DNA of 63,596 nt, counting the filler, from Collodictyon triciliatum (taxonomy: Eukaryota): NCBI GenBank assembly GCA_043381765.1. It is 4 parts of 4 records of this genome, joined end to end, with 100 filler letters (N's around TTAATTAATTAA, not from the genome) between each part and the next. Parts side by side here need not be neighbours in the genome. Positions count along the whole stretch, not along the records: positions 1 to 16,642 come from JBHJMP010001529.1; positions 16,743 to 33,372 come from JBHJMP010001530.1; 2 more parts are not named here. The stretch is one strand, 5' to 3'. The notes under the pieces were generated by a model. The model was not told where the DNA came from. It did not search any database and was given only the letters and a program-made list of their open reading frames with translations. A program made the position numbers and the translations under genes. This document shows positions 12,035 to 23,960 of this stretch, one piece after another. Numbering within the stretch: the first letter of the stretch is position 1; every line of letters starts with the position of its first letter.

Positions 12035-15000
12035 TCAGTAAAAATTCCATAATGATAGACATGAGGCTTCGAAGACCAGTCCTGTTGCTAAAAGAACGAG
12101 TGGCCCAATTTTGGCCCTAACATTCGAATCCTGTTTATTTTTTTTTTCATATATGCATTGGTTAGAATGGTAATTAGCCATAGGGATTTGCGAATAAATG
12201 GTGTTATCCTCTTAATATTTTCCCCTTTTAATTATCTAGTGGATTTTATCCTTAACATGTTAATTCACTCACACAGAGGGAATATAGTTAGGATTATAGA
12301 CAGCTAAAACACAGCTAATGCAAATAAAAAAAACCAGAAAACCAGAAAACCAGAAAACCAGAAAACCAGAAAACCAGAAAACCAGAAAACCAGAAAACCA
12401 GAAAACCAGACCCCCTCCTCCCCGAAAAAAAAAACCAAAAAGAAAGAGAGAAAAGATATACATACCACTTCCAAATGAATTAATTTCAAGACTTCAGTTA
12501 AATAAAACAAAACGAAAATTACAGAGCAACTGACATTTCGATGTCTCCATAAGAAAAGCGCTGGTGGGACGATAAAGTTCAAAGGAACTTTGTTTGTCGA
12601 GGAGCTGTATATGCCTACCTACATTTCCTTTCATGCTTGGAATCACTGCACACCAGATTCAACAAATACATAGATATTTTTTCAGACCTCGTTCTTAATA
12701 AACTCATAATTAGTTACTTTGACATCGAGATCATAAAAGCATTTCATTTTTATTTTTAAAATATAATATATATGGCTTATTTTATTGGAGCTTATTACCA
12801 TCTTGGACCTCCTTTCGAAGAAACTGATGAATGTTGTTGTTAGAATAATTATTGTAGAGCTCACATATAAAACTCGTTCTGGAGGGTCCTGAGCATGTAT
12901 TACGACTGATCTCGATCTTTCCATCTCCTGTACATTTTGGTTGAGTATTAAAAATTGAGAATTAGATAGAGGTCAATTGTCCCCCCATCCCCCCCCTCCA
13001 AGTACAAGAAATACAATTATAACACTACCTCTAACAGCCTAATCGGACTTTTTGATGAAATAACTCTGAAAAACATATTCACGGACGAAGCAGATGTGAT
13101 AAGTAAAGCCCTAATCTTCATCAGCGTTAACGCAGTAAAAAGTATCAAAGAGAACGTATCTAAAAATTAAATTTTTTTCAGTCCTGTCATTAGCCATCTT
13201 TTGTATTGGATATTGACAAAACAGTTTCTTTCAAGATGAATAATTACGAGGAATGGTTCCAATATTATCTCGTATACTCCTATAAAGCCAAGTGGGTTGA
13301 TTTGTATCACCTACATTTCCCGACTAACGTGATTAACTGTAAATAAATCATTAACACCCACAATAAAGCTCTGAATTGGGAGGAATAGGATGAACAAAAA
13401 AAAAAACTTGAACTCACTAAAATACATAATTTGGAACACAATATTGGAAATTAAAATGCAACCATAAATAACTATTAGTATTATGTTTACGTTTACCATT
13501 ATGAAAGCAAGTCTAAAAGATGCTATACTAAATACTAAATACTAAATACTAAATACTAAATACTAAATACTAAATACTAAATACTAAATACTAAATACTA
13601 AATACTAAATACTAAATACTAAATAACCGCGTAAATTAAAACCATAAAAACCATGTGAAAATGAAGCAAAATAAAAATTGCCTAATGCTGTATATGCACA
13701 AAGCCCAGAGAGAAGGTACATACCTATTGAAATAATTTTTATCATAAATTATTAAAAACACCGCAACGAAATATCAGTTTTATGAATTGCATTTACCACA
13801 AGACGTTATTAAGGGATATCTGAGCAATTCACTAGCTTTTGCATCGGATACAGGGTAAGACAAGTAATTTCTGAGTGGCATAAACTTTATTTTTGTGAGA
13901 TATTTGATTGCAGGATTATAAAAGAATAATTTAGATTCACATAAGTGTTCACTGAATATCTTGTAGTATATTCATTATAAAAAAGTTTACCTGGCAAAAG
14001 AAGTCAAAAGCTTGTATCAAATACACATAACTATAAAGCATACTTGGTTGAGAGTCATTCTAGAGCATTCATTAATTCCATATGAGAAAATTTTTGGAAA
14101 AAGTTAACTTTCGGTAACAAAACCAGATTACATTATCCATCATTCTATACATCATATTGATTTATTCTTTTTCTAGCATATCGCAATTATATTATATAAT
14201 TCAACATAGTTTAGCGTCCATGCAACCGATGGCTAGTAAATCAAAGCCAAAAATTCCATCATCTTGTATAAATGGAAAGGAAGAATAAAAAAAAATAATA
14301 ATATCGGAGAGTTAATTTTTACACAGACTGTTATCATATCTTCGAATGACCATATTTTGTTGGTCTCCAGGAACGACAGGATTCCAATTACCAAAGTAAT
14401 CAGATGTGAAAGCAATAAAACACATATAAATTTTCCATATCTTCTTTGGTTTATACATGTCATCCCCAATACTACCAACTATATTGAAAAAAACATGAGA
14501 TAAATTGCTATTGAGAATAAAATTTGTTCAGTTAGCCTCATACATTTTTGTGTTATTAGTATGGTACCATTATCGCGGCAGTGAAAGCAAATGCATCCAG
14601 CTTCCCCATTTCATCGCTGATATCTTTTAGTAAAGACCGAATAACTAGAGGAAAAAAGAAATAAAAAAGCCTACCTTTTGTGAAATCATAAGGAATATCT
14701 TTTTTCCTTTATTCAGTTCAAAGTAAGAAATACCATATCTTTATTTAATTTCCTGATTATATATAATATTACATATGATTAGGTCGAGTATGTGGTTCCA
14801 TATGGTCGACAGAATCATAAATTCTACCAAAAGAAAAAGATAAGGTCCACCCACTTTGAGTGCAACCTTGAAATTTTGATCAAGTACGAAATTAGACAAT
14901 AGAGGTATGAGGAAGATATCATAATTTAATCATGCGGTCTTCATAACATAAGGTGTACTCGATCGAATGCAAATCTCACGACAGAATACATGACTTGGTC

Positions 15001-15506
15001 GTTCTCCAGTGCCATCCTGTGGAGTAGGAGATTCGAATAGTAAGTTGCTGCAGCAACCAGTACCATGAGTAACACAGCTAGTAACAGATTTGTTTCCTAA
15101 AAAAAAAAAAAATTAAAAAAAGTTGCGGGATTGATTTGATAGTGAATAAATTATTGAATTATATTTATATAGATGAAGAGAGACATTTATAACAAAAAAG
15201 AAACAATCTTACCACGAAAAATTCCGGTATGTAAAAAGTACCAACACCAATCATCAAATGAGTAAGCCCAACTTGACTTAAAAACATCAGATATTTCTCA
15301 TATTCAGGACTATCGTTGGTTCCTCTGATCCATTCGGTGGCTGATATAATCTTGTCGGTGGCATTTATCCATCCGTTTTCTTTTAGATGAAAGAATTTGA
15401 ATAGACTTTTATCAGAAGGAATATCGTCAAGTGCTGAATAAGAGTCATGCAGTCGCGGACCGTACGTTTCAGCGTGTATGTCTTCCATTTTCCCCTCTGG
15501 AGTCAA
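12035..15506 (-). CDS. Amino-acid transporter, AAAP/Aa_trans (SLC36/38-like), many exons, divergent
   Basis: TM1-2 LTHLMIGVGTFYIPEFFV|ETNLLLAVLLMVLVAAATYYSNLLL resembles the AAAP G.G.L.LP..F...G..L...V...T.YS..LL pattern. C-terminus VIPSMKGNVVGIYSS..LNFIVPPALFL|..KIGPLVLLATGLVF..FY*. Confidence 0.65.
12330..12410 (+). repeat. (AAAACCAG)n intronic tandem repeat
   Basis: Direct reading. Confidence 0.95.
13525..13625 (+). repeat. (ACTAAAT)n intronic tandem repeat
   Basis: Direct reading. Confidence 0.95.
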
Positions 15507-15635
15507 TGACTAGGCGGCAGCTAGTCATTTATTTTAATTATTTTTTTAAATTCATGATTCCTTTTTACTTCCTTTCAATTAATGAAGTTGTGATGTTTGG
15601 TCATGATGAGAAATCTGATAACCTCTTAGATAACC

Positions 15636-15686
15636 ACTTTGTATGGCATAACCTCGCTACAGTTTGAATCGAATAAAGGAAAAAAA
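15636..15686 (+). mobile_element. Micro-retroposon copy, long class (51 bp), 16-bp perfect TSD
   Basis: AACCTCTTAGATAACC (15620-15635) + ACTTTGTATGGCATAACCTCGCTACAGTTTGAATCGAATAAAGGA7 + AACCTCTTAGATAACC (15687-15702). Confidence 0.85.
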
Positions 15687-16237
15687 AACCTCTTAGATAA
15701 CCGCGCAAATGGATCACGTCAAGGGGAAGTCAATCGGGATATTCTTCCAACACTATGCTTTTAGTTAATAATACCAGAAGAATAAGGCGTTTTCCAGCCC
15801 TCTGAAGGAGAGGGGTTCAGCAGGACAAGAATGAGATAAACTGATCCACACTTTTCCAAAAAGTGATGAACGCAAAATGAAGGGGGATTCTTTATTGTCA
15901 TAAAATATCTTGTTCAAGCCCTCCAACACACCATGAATGGGCCTGTTACTTCTCCAAAGAACACGCGCTCATGTCGAATCATCGCACTGAGTGGCAGAGA
16001 GGGACAATTGTTAAATTTTTTTTTTCTTGACCCCCTTTATATGCAAATTCAGCAACCGACACGTTTCCTATCGTGTTTTTCAGTATCTGTCGGCTGAAAA
16101 TATCCCCGGCCTTCGGTTCGTGGATGTGCGGTAAATGCCGCATCCCACACGGTTTGCAATTTCATTACGCGCTCCCTTCGAAACCCACACAGTTTTTCCC
16201 CACCCTCCCTTAACGATCAAGTGAAGACAGTACAAAA

Positions 16238-16452
16238 TTACGCTGGGTCAAGATCGTAGAATAATGTCATGAAATGCGCTATGTCCAATAGCTGAGAAGA
16301 CTTTCTATCGAACACATATTTAATTAGTGCTCTCTGGATCAAAAAGGCATCAAAGCCACCCACAAGATGCCACGCCAGATTGGTTATGCTCCCAACTGAC
16401 TCAGCGCGCCCGGCATCCTGTTTGGCTAACAATACCATAAGACGCACAAATC
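16238..16452 (-). CDS. 3' exon of an unidentified gene whose 5' part is lost at the spacer gap
   Basis: Protein-like frame FVRLMVLLAKQDAG..FMTLFYDLDPA* preceded by an AG acceptor; does not resemble the Rae1 C-terminus. Confidence 0.35.
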
Positions 16453-16544
16453 TAGAGTACTACAAATAATCACAGTGGCTCATATGCTGTAGTCATTGTT
16501 GCCAAAACCTCCCACCACCTCGCATATAATTGAAAGGAAGAATA

Positions 16545-16639
<95 letters not shown>

Positions 16640-16822
16640 ATANNNNNNNNNNNNNNNNNNNNNNNNNNNNNNNNNNNNNNNNNNNNTTAATTAATTAANN
16701 NNNNNNNNNNNNNNNNNNNNNNNNNNNNNNNNNNNNNNNNNNTTTTTTTTTCTTTTTTCTTTTTTCTTTTTTCTTTTTTCTTTTTTCTTTTTTCTTTTTT
16801 CTTTTTTCTTTTTTCTTTTTTC

Positions 16823-16855
<33 letters not shown>

Positions 16856-16874
16856 CTTTTTTCTTTTCTTTTTT
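16545..16874. repeat. (TAAA)n and (TTTTTTC)n arrays flanking the assembly spacer
   Basis: Direct reading. Confidence 0.95.
16643..16742. other. Artificial assembly spacer N44-TTAATTAATTAA-N44
   Basis: Exactly 100 bp with a six-frame-stop linker; identical at 33373 and 50096. Confidence 0.97.
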
Positions 16875-16948
16875 GAAAATAATTCCTGTGATGTGTGTAT
16901 GCATGGACAAAAATATGTAATAGAATTGCTCTCTGTTAGTGAACCCAC

Positions 16949-19084
16949 CTGGATTTGCTCTTTTTGTCCCAGAAGTGAAAGTATCCATCCGAACCCGCCG
17001 TGACAAAAGTATCCGGGTATTGGTGGTGGAATCGTATGGAGTTGACGGCATAGATGTCGTTCCCGTCTCGGTGACATTTGAAGGCAAATGATTTGCTGGG
17101 TTCAAGAAGAGAGGAAAAGGAAATTAAAATATGAATAAAATGGAGAATGAGATATATATATATATGAAATAAAGTCGGAAAGATATAAATGAGACGGGCA
17201 TCGTTAGTCTGTGGTTTTCAAATGCATTCTCTGTGTTGTTTACAATAGATAACGCTCATTTTGGTTTGGTATGTATGTGGTAACCGACTGAATAAACAAG
17301 TATAATGGAGGATGAGAAAAAAATTGTATTTCTTTTCAGTAGGTGAGTGAAAGGACGAAAGGCAGATAGTTCTTAGAAATGCGACTGACTCTTTGTCTTT
17401 GGGATAGATGTACTGGATGGCAACCCTGCCTTCAATTGAGCCTACAGCAAAGCCTGAGCAGTCGCTGAATATTCCTATGGTTCGAGTTTGAAGCTTGAGG
17501 CTAGTCTCGACCACCTATTTGGAAATGAATTTTTTTTTCATTTTTTTTATTGTTGGTTTCGGTAATATAAAAAAAGGAATGAGGTGTTTCATTCTTCGAT
17601 TTTGTTCTCATCAAATGTGTTATCTCTACATATGGATGTATTATAATTCGCTGTATTTTATCAACATAATTTTCGTGAAGGCTTTTCGTAATGAAGCGCC
17701 GTGTGGATATCTATGGCTTAATAAATATTTTTTCTCTTCTTATTTATTTCTCCATCAAACCTGAGTTGCAGCGTTTGGTTTACTTGCTTCAAACACGTGA
17801 TTCTTCTTGTCTGCAGTTCCCACCACAATCAGTTGGTTAAGAGCGTCCATCGCATACACTGTAGAATTAAGCTGAACTGTTCCAACAGGATTCGTAGAGC
17901 TGCGTACGTCCCAATACTTTATGGTCTTGTCCCAGCTGCCGGTGACCAGAATCCCAAAGTTTGGAAGGAATTTCATGCAGTTCACAGGTGCAGAATGCTA
18001 TATTTCAATGGCGTTGTATCACATTCATGAATTTGAAAATGGATGTTTAAAGAGAAAAAAAAAAAAGGAGGGGTGAAATAACTGTAAATGTATTTTTCTG
18101 TGCTCAAATATTGCAACAATATATTGATGCATTCTTTATCCTATTTGTGGTATTATCTCGCACATCAGCTTTAAGTTATTAAAATCTTTTCAAAATAGAA
18201 ATTGTTTGTTACAATGTGAGAGAATAGTTCCTTACAGATCCTATGGTCATCTCCTTGTTTTGTGCCAAATTCCAAAGCTTCACAGTGTTATCACAGCTAC
18301 CAAATGCAACATGTGCCCCGTCCTTGATGTATTGGTGTGTTTTTTTTTTTTTTTTTGAAGAGGAAGAAAGTATGTTTATATGATATGCATGAATACGCTT
18401 TTAATTAAGCCGATGGCTATGCCAAAAAAAAAGAGCATAAAAACATCGTCCTAATAACATGAATTTTTAGGTGATTCTGAAACTGGCAACAAAGGCGTGG
18501 AATATATTGTATGATATAAACCATGGTTTCGTAAGACATACTCCCATCCATGCGCTGCTAAGAATCGGAGCTTGTTGAGCCAGCTGCAAACGTGGAACCA
18601 CTCCCGAACCCTGGATTTCCCAGCAGCGAATCTACGTTATTTTTTAGAAGCAAAATCAAAACAGAATGATTAGTTTAAGGGGCGAACTATCTCAATATTT
18701 TTTGATAGTAGAATAATCTAAAAGAAAAAACAGAGAAAAAAAAAAGGGAGATAGAGAGAGAATCATGTAACGAAGCAGATGGATAGAAGTTAAGTTCAAT
18801 TATTTATATAGAAGACTGATGTGGCGAAGAAAATAGTACTGATTTATCCCACGAAGTTGCAACGAAACAGTTGTTCATGTGGCTGAAGTTAATTGAGCTG
18901 ATTCCATCTGTTGGTGGGTGCGGCACCTTTTCATCGATTTATGATATCATATGTTTTGTTGGAGGGATTGTTGATTTGCGATGTTCCGAATCGGGGGTTA
19001 ATCAGAGGAAGAAAAGGTTTGAGCGAGTAACTGGTCGTCAAAGAAGAGAACAAAAAAACATACCTCGACTTCCTGATCGCCCAT
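16949..19084 (-). CDS. RAE1: mRNA export factor Rae1/Gle2 (WD40), 3' end truncated by gap
   Basis: MGDQEVE|VPHPPTDGISSINFS..ATSWDK; LVTGSWDKTIKYWDVR; LKLQTRTI..FAVGSIEGRVAIQY; FAFKCHR..YAVNSIRFH..TFVTAGSDG.FHFWDKKSKSR. QTR and FWDK..K.R favour Rae1 over Bub3. Confidence 0.9.
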
Positions 19085-19863
19085 GCTTTGAGTCTTCTGT
19101 ATACTATGAGGCAAAAGGGTCGGTTAAACAAGAAGTGATTCAAACAAGGATCAAACTTTCGTCAGGCGCCAAAACGAATCACAAAGAACTGGGAGAAAAC
19201 ATAAGAAGAAGAAAACAAAACAAAGGTTGCGTGCTCCATCGCCTCAGAAGCTGGTCGGGTGCTAATCATGTGTTGTGGAGCAGCATTTCATCGTCCTTCT
19301 CCGTGTTCTTCTTGGCACAGACCCTTGTGCTTCTCCACTCTCGAACTCTTTTTTTTTTTTTGTTTGTTTGTTTGTTTGTTTTGCCATCAATCACACGAAA
19401 TCATCTGATCAAAATGGTTCTTACAGAGAGGTATGGTACCACCACCATTGAAACTTATTCCAGAATCGAATTTGAGATGGCCATATAACAATAAAAATCA
19501 CAAAATATTAATATACGATGTAATATTGCATATTTATAATTTCATAAATATGTTGCATAGTACCGAATTATAAAAATGTTATTAAAATTCCAGTAATTAC
19601 TATAATTACTGAATCTTCTAATTAATCCAGATTTAGGAAACCCGCATTCGCACCCCCCACAAAAATCAATCAGCCGCGATATTTCTGCGCAAATCAAATC
19701 CAATCAAATCCACACAAATCGCAACGAAACAGAGAGAAGCGCGGGGCTTTCAAGGACACAATCCAAAGTCTCCACCAAAACAAACCAACCGCCGCTTACT
19801 GTCCAAACAAGCAAAGACGAACAAAGCAATCATCCTCTGACCAAACACCCATTGAACCACAGA

Positions 19864-21222
19864 ATGCTGCGATCGGCCTGCCTCACCTTCTCTCGCACTG
19901 CGCGCAACCTCGCAGTTCCACACACCCGCTTCACAAACATTTCGCAGCCGCACAGTTTCGCCCGTGCTTTATGGACTCGTCTGCCTTCGCACAGCCTCAG
20001 TTCAAACCCAAACCTCCCGGTCTCTTTCAACGCAGCCTTGTTGAGCAATTATTCCCCGCTGCGATCCGCCTCAAGTTCTTCTGTTTCGGCTCAAGAGTCT
20101 CTTTCCGATGCATCAGACGCTTCCTTGCCAAAGAAGCTGCCTGGAACCGTCCACACGCGCCCGTCTAGCCTCACAAAGAGTCGTCAGTGGAAAATCAGTC
20201 CCAGGAAGCTCAACGCGGTGGCTATAGGCCTGCGGCGGCTGAATGTCGAGGAGGCTTTGGCTCAGATGCAGCTCAGTCGGAAGAGAATCGCACACAAAAT
20301 CTCCCAGCTTCTTGTCCTCGCCAAGGCAAACGCTGTCAACAACCACCAGATGGACCCTGCAAAGCTTCTCATTGGTTGGTCATTTTTTTCTCCTTGTCAT
20401 TTTCCTTTTATATGAATCCCCATAGGATTTCGCCAAATCTTCTTTGCTATTGTAATGATTATCATGATTATCTATTCGTGTATTTAATTATTAAAACATC
20501 TACTGTACATTCCGAAATATATCCATCTAAGATTATCTTAAAAATAATGAAATTCGATGGAGATTCAGTCCATATAAAATGCATTTACAATTCTTGAATG
20601 CTTGTCGCATTTAAAAGATTCAAATCCATACGATTTTAACAAGAATTTATCCATGGAACACCCCTTTTGTCTTTTAATTTTCCTTCGAAATTCAATTATA
20701 TGACACAAGCAATTACAAGAATACATTTCATTTTAAAGAAATATCATAGGATGTGTGGTCCTTTTTTGAATATTCTTGAATGCTCAATTAAATACATGCA
20801 TTAATTTCATGATTTTTTTGTCCTCCTTGAGAGCAGAGGAATGCTGGATTGCTAAGGAAGTTTTCTTGAAGCGTATCCGATTTGCCGCCAAAGGAAGATT
20901 CGGTATCATGCACCATCCTTATTGCCGCATGCATGTGCGTCTGATTGAAAGCGAACCTGACCCGAAGACCGGCCGTGTTGGAAGGGCCGGAAGAAAGACG
21001 CCTCTGGCTGCCTTGGAGGAGCTGGATGAAGAGGAACTAGCTGCACAACCAAAGAATCCCATGACACACCGTCTGCGCATGAACACCACACCGCCTCAGT
21101 ATCTGCACCATTGGGGAAAACCCGCTGATGACCACCGCTCAAAGGTCGTTTTCAAAAACAAGCCGCGAGACTTGAAGCCTGCTACTACTCCCGCAAATAA
21201 CTCCACGTCCTCTCGTGATTGA
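19864..21222 (+). CDS. MRPL22: Mitochondrial ribosomal protein uL22m (exons 19864-20374, 20837-21222)
   Basis: Arg/Ser-rich presequence MLRSACLTFSRTAR; L22 motifs KISPRKLNAVA..RRLNVEEALAQM, AKANAVNN, LKRIRFAAKGRFGIMHHPYC. Confidence 0.92.
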
Positions 21223-22044
21223 TAACCTCACCGACCAATCAAAATAAACGGGCCCTGCAAAAATTCCAACACGTCTTATGACCAGCGTCAAGATCAGAGG
21301 AAACAGCCTCTTCGCACCGAGATAGCTCTTGAGAGTGCAAACCCTGTCTGTATGATTCAAAATGCCTTTCGCCACAGCTTCCGCGTGAATAAGCAGGAGA
21401 TGAGCGGAGCAGTTTTATTGTATTTTTTTGTATTTTTTTAGTCTTTCTTGGGTGTGATTGCCATAATGATACCATCTGTTCATTTTACATTTTCTTTGAT
21501 TCGATGTTTTATCCCACAACATGCCTGTCATCCCACGAAAAGAGGCATGATTCCAGGAGCTTGGAAAACTTGGTGAAACTTCCCCTTGTTCTTCATACCC
21601 TATTTGTTTACAAGATGTCACATATACAAGTGTGGATTTCACCAAAGAAGCGCGCTTCGATCTTCTTGGTTTGCAAAGAAGCGAGCTTCGATCACTCCAC
21701 CATTTAAAGCGCATTCCTGAGCTGTCACAGAGTCAAAGCCGCAAACACCCGTATTCTCAATAAAAAGGAGGTCGCCACCTGTCGCGCAGAGCAGGAGAAA
21801 AAGGGACAAAAGATACTGGGAAACTACATAATAAATAAATAAATAAATAAAGAGGAGCGAAACAAATAATACAACGCAAAAACTTTTTCTTTTTTGACCC
21901 GCTAATGCGCATTTGGTATTCATCGTGTTAACAACCACATCCAACAAACAAACAATCTCGCTTCAACAAGCCATCACGTTATACCGAACTCAAGTAGCTC
22001 ATCTCTGAATACTAACCCAAAGCCATACAGAACCCAACTGCACA

Positions 22045-23232
22045 ATGCTGTCTGCCTCTGAAAGCGAAGTGCGTGTCGACTTATCACCGCTGGACGGCCT
22101 TCGCGGCATCTGCTCCATCGTGATTGTAATTGGGCACTTCTTCACTTTCTGGGCTCCAAAGATCACCTCGCGCGAACACTTCCCAGCCTTCGCGCCAGAA
22201 TATCTGTCTGCTGTCACTCTGTTCTTTGTCATTTCGGGCTTTACACTCGCGCAGGTCTATGACAGGAACTCCGAGGACGCCTCATCTCCTGTTCCTCTGA
22301 CCACGTGGGAGCAGCGAAAACAGTTTTTCCGCAAACGAGTTGCGCGCCTCGCTCCCTTGTATTACCTTGGCCTTTTCTTCGGCATCGGACCGCTTGTTGC
22401 TTATGAGGATGCTGGTTCCATAGCCATGCATGTGCCAGTTGACCTACTCGGTCTTCAATCCCTCGTTATCATTGCAAACGAATGGAACGGGCCTTTGTGG
22501 ACAGTGAGTGCCTTTGTGTTCTGCTATATGACCTTTCCGAAAAGCGTGCAATTGTTTCGACACCAAAACTATGCCCAACTCAAGAGTCGAGCGATCTGGT
22601 TGTCCGTTTTCTCAACTATCCTTGTTGTTGCTGTCCTAATCCTCGTACCCGGTGCTTTGATTGTGATTCACATTCTTGCGCCCATCCGCGCAATCCACTT
22701 TTTTATTGGCGTTATCGGTGGCTACATGGCAAAGAGAAACAAAGACATGTCTTCACCCACAAGGACTGCCGAGCTTCTGACTCTAATCTACGCTTTATTT
22801 ATGCTCATTTCCATTCTTTTGGGAGCTGTCGTTGGTTTTGGTGCTTGGATGGGCTTTTCTTACAGTCTTGAGTTCAATCTTCCTTACTTTCAGGTGATTT
22901 GGTTGATTGCTCTGACATCACCGAAATGCATGGGAGTCACCAAACCTTTTCTCTCATCAAAACCACTCAAGTTTCTTGGTGATATTTCATACGCTGTGTA
23001 CTGCCTGCACTTTCCAATCATCTACTGGTGCGCGTGGGCAGTTGAAGGAGATGGAATTAGCGAGAGTGCTGTGCCCAAGCAAGAGCTTGAAGATGATGAT
23101 GATGCACCCGAGGCACAATACTACTTCGACTCATGGGCTATTATCCCCATCCTTGCTCTAATTATCTTCATCTCTACAATTGCACACAAGTTTCTCGAGG
23201 CACCGGCCCGCGCGGCTATTGCTAAACAATAA
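22045..23232 (+). CDS. Acyltransferase family 3 (OafA/YrhL-like) membrane O-acyltransferase, intronless
   Basis: LDGLRGI..VIGH, AVTLFFVISGF, FFRKRVARLAPLYY, NGPLWTVS, FLGDISYAVYCLHFP, HKFLEAPAR. Confidence 0.93.
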   Translation: MLSASESEVRVDLSPLDGLRGICSIVIVIGHFFTFWAPKITSREHFPAFAPEYLSAVTLFFVISGFTLAQVYDRNSEDASSPVPLTTWEQRKQFFRKRVARLAPLYYLGLFFGIGPLVAYEDAGSIAMHVPVDLLGLQSLVIIANEWNGPLWTVSAFVFCYMTFPKSVQLFRHQNYAQLKSRAIWLSVFSTILVVAVLILVPGALIVIHILAPIRAIHFFIGVIGGYMAKRNKDMSSPTRTAELLTLIYALFMLISILLGAVVGFGAWMGFSYSLEFNLPYFQVIWLIALTSPKCMGVTKPFLSSKPLKFLGDISYAVYCLHFPIIYWCAWAVEGDGISESAVPKQELEDDDDAPEAQYYFDSWAIIPILALIIFISTIAHKFLEAPARAAIAKQ

Positions 23233-23674
23233 ATTGCATCAGAGATGATATGACTCTAACTTGTGTATTTTTATCGCGGGCTGTTCGGCTTTGAAGGTTA
23301 AGGAGAGTAAATGAAACGAAAGTGGTACCATAAAGAAAAATTATCTATATGCGGAATTTATTACATAAAATACTAATATTTAGACCACATTATTTAAATA
23401 CAACAATAACACTTATATTTGATTAATAATGTAATAATTGTATAATAAATTTAACAGAGTTCAAACTTTCCTATGGATTAAATGTTGCACTTCGGTTTGT
23501 GGAAATGTGACGTGTCATCTGTTATTTTGCTCAACCTGTCACAACTGCACCGCTTCTCCCTTTTAAAAAGAACTGACACGATTCGCAGGACAAAAGCACA
23601 ACTAGAAATTCTATATTCATTTATATACACGACGAGCCCTCTATTATTTCGATTGCAGAACAAAAAGGATAGGT

Positions 23675-23922
23675 TCAAACAGACGAACAGACGAACAAAA
23701 GAACAAACGAACAGACGAACAAAAGAACAAAAGAACAAACGAACAGACGAACAAAAGAACAGACGAACAAAAGAACAGACGAACAAAAGAACAGACGAAC
23801 AAAAGAACAGACGAACAAAAGAACAGACGAACAAAAGAACAAAAGAACAAAAGAACAAAAGAACAAAAGAACAAAAGAACAAAAGAACAAAAGAACAATA
23901 GAACAGACGAACAAAAGAACAA
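23675..23922 (+). repeat. Compound (GAACAAAA/GAACAGAC)n array immediately upstream of the ceramidase-like ATG
   Basis: Direct reading. Confidence 0.95.
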
Positions 23923-23960
23923 AGCAATTGTTGAATAACTGAAACGCCCTGTCGAGATCG

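Noticed and set aside
16687-16698. TTAATTAATTAA motif repeated three times
   Set aside because: Always centred in 88 Ns; a synthetic six-frame-stop linker
18871-19488. 205-aa plus-strand ORF
   Set aside because: Antisense to Rae1 exons 1-2 and spans the Rae1/MRPL22 divergent promoter; no protein-like motifs
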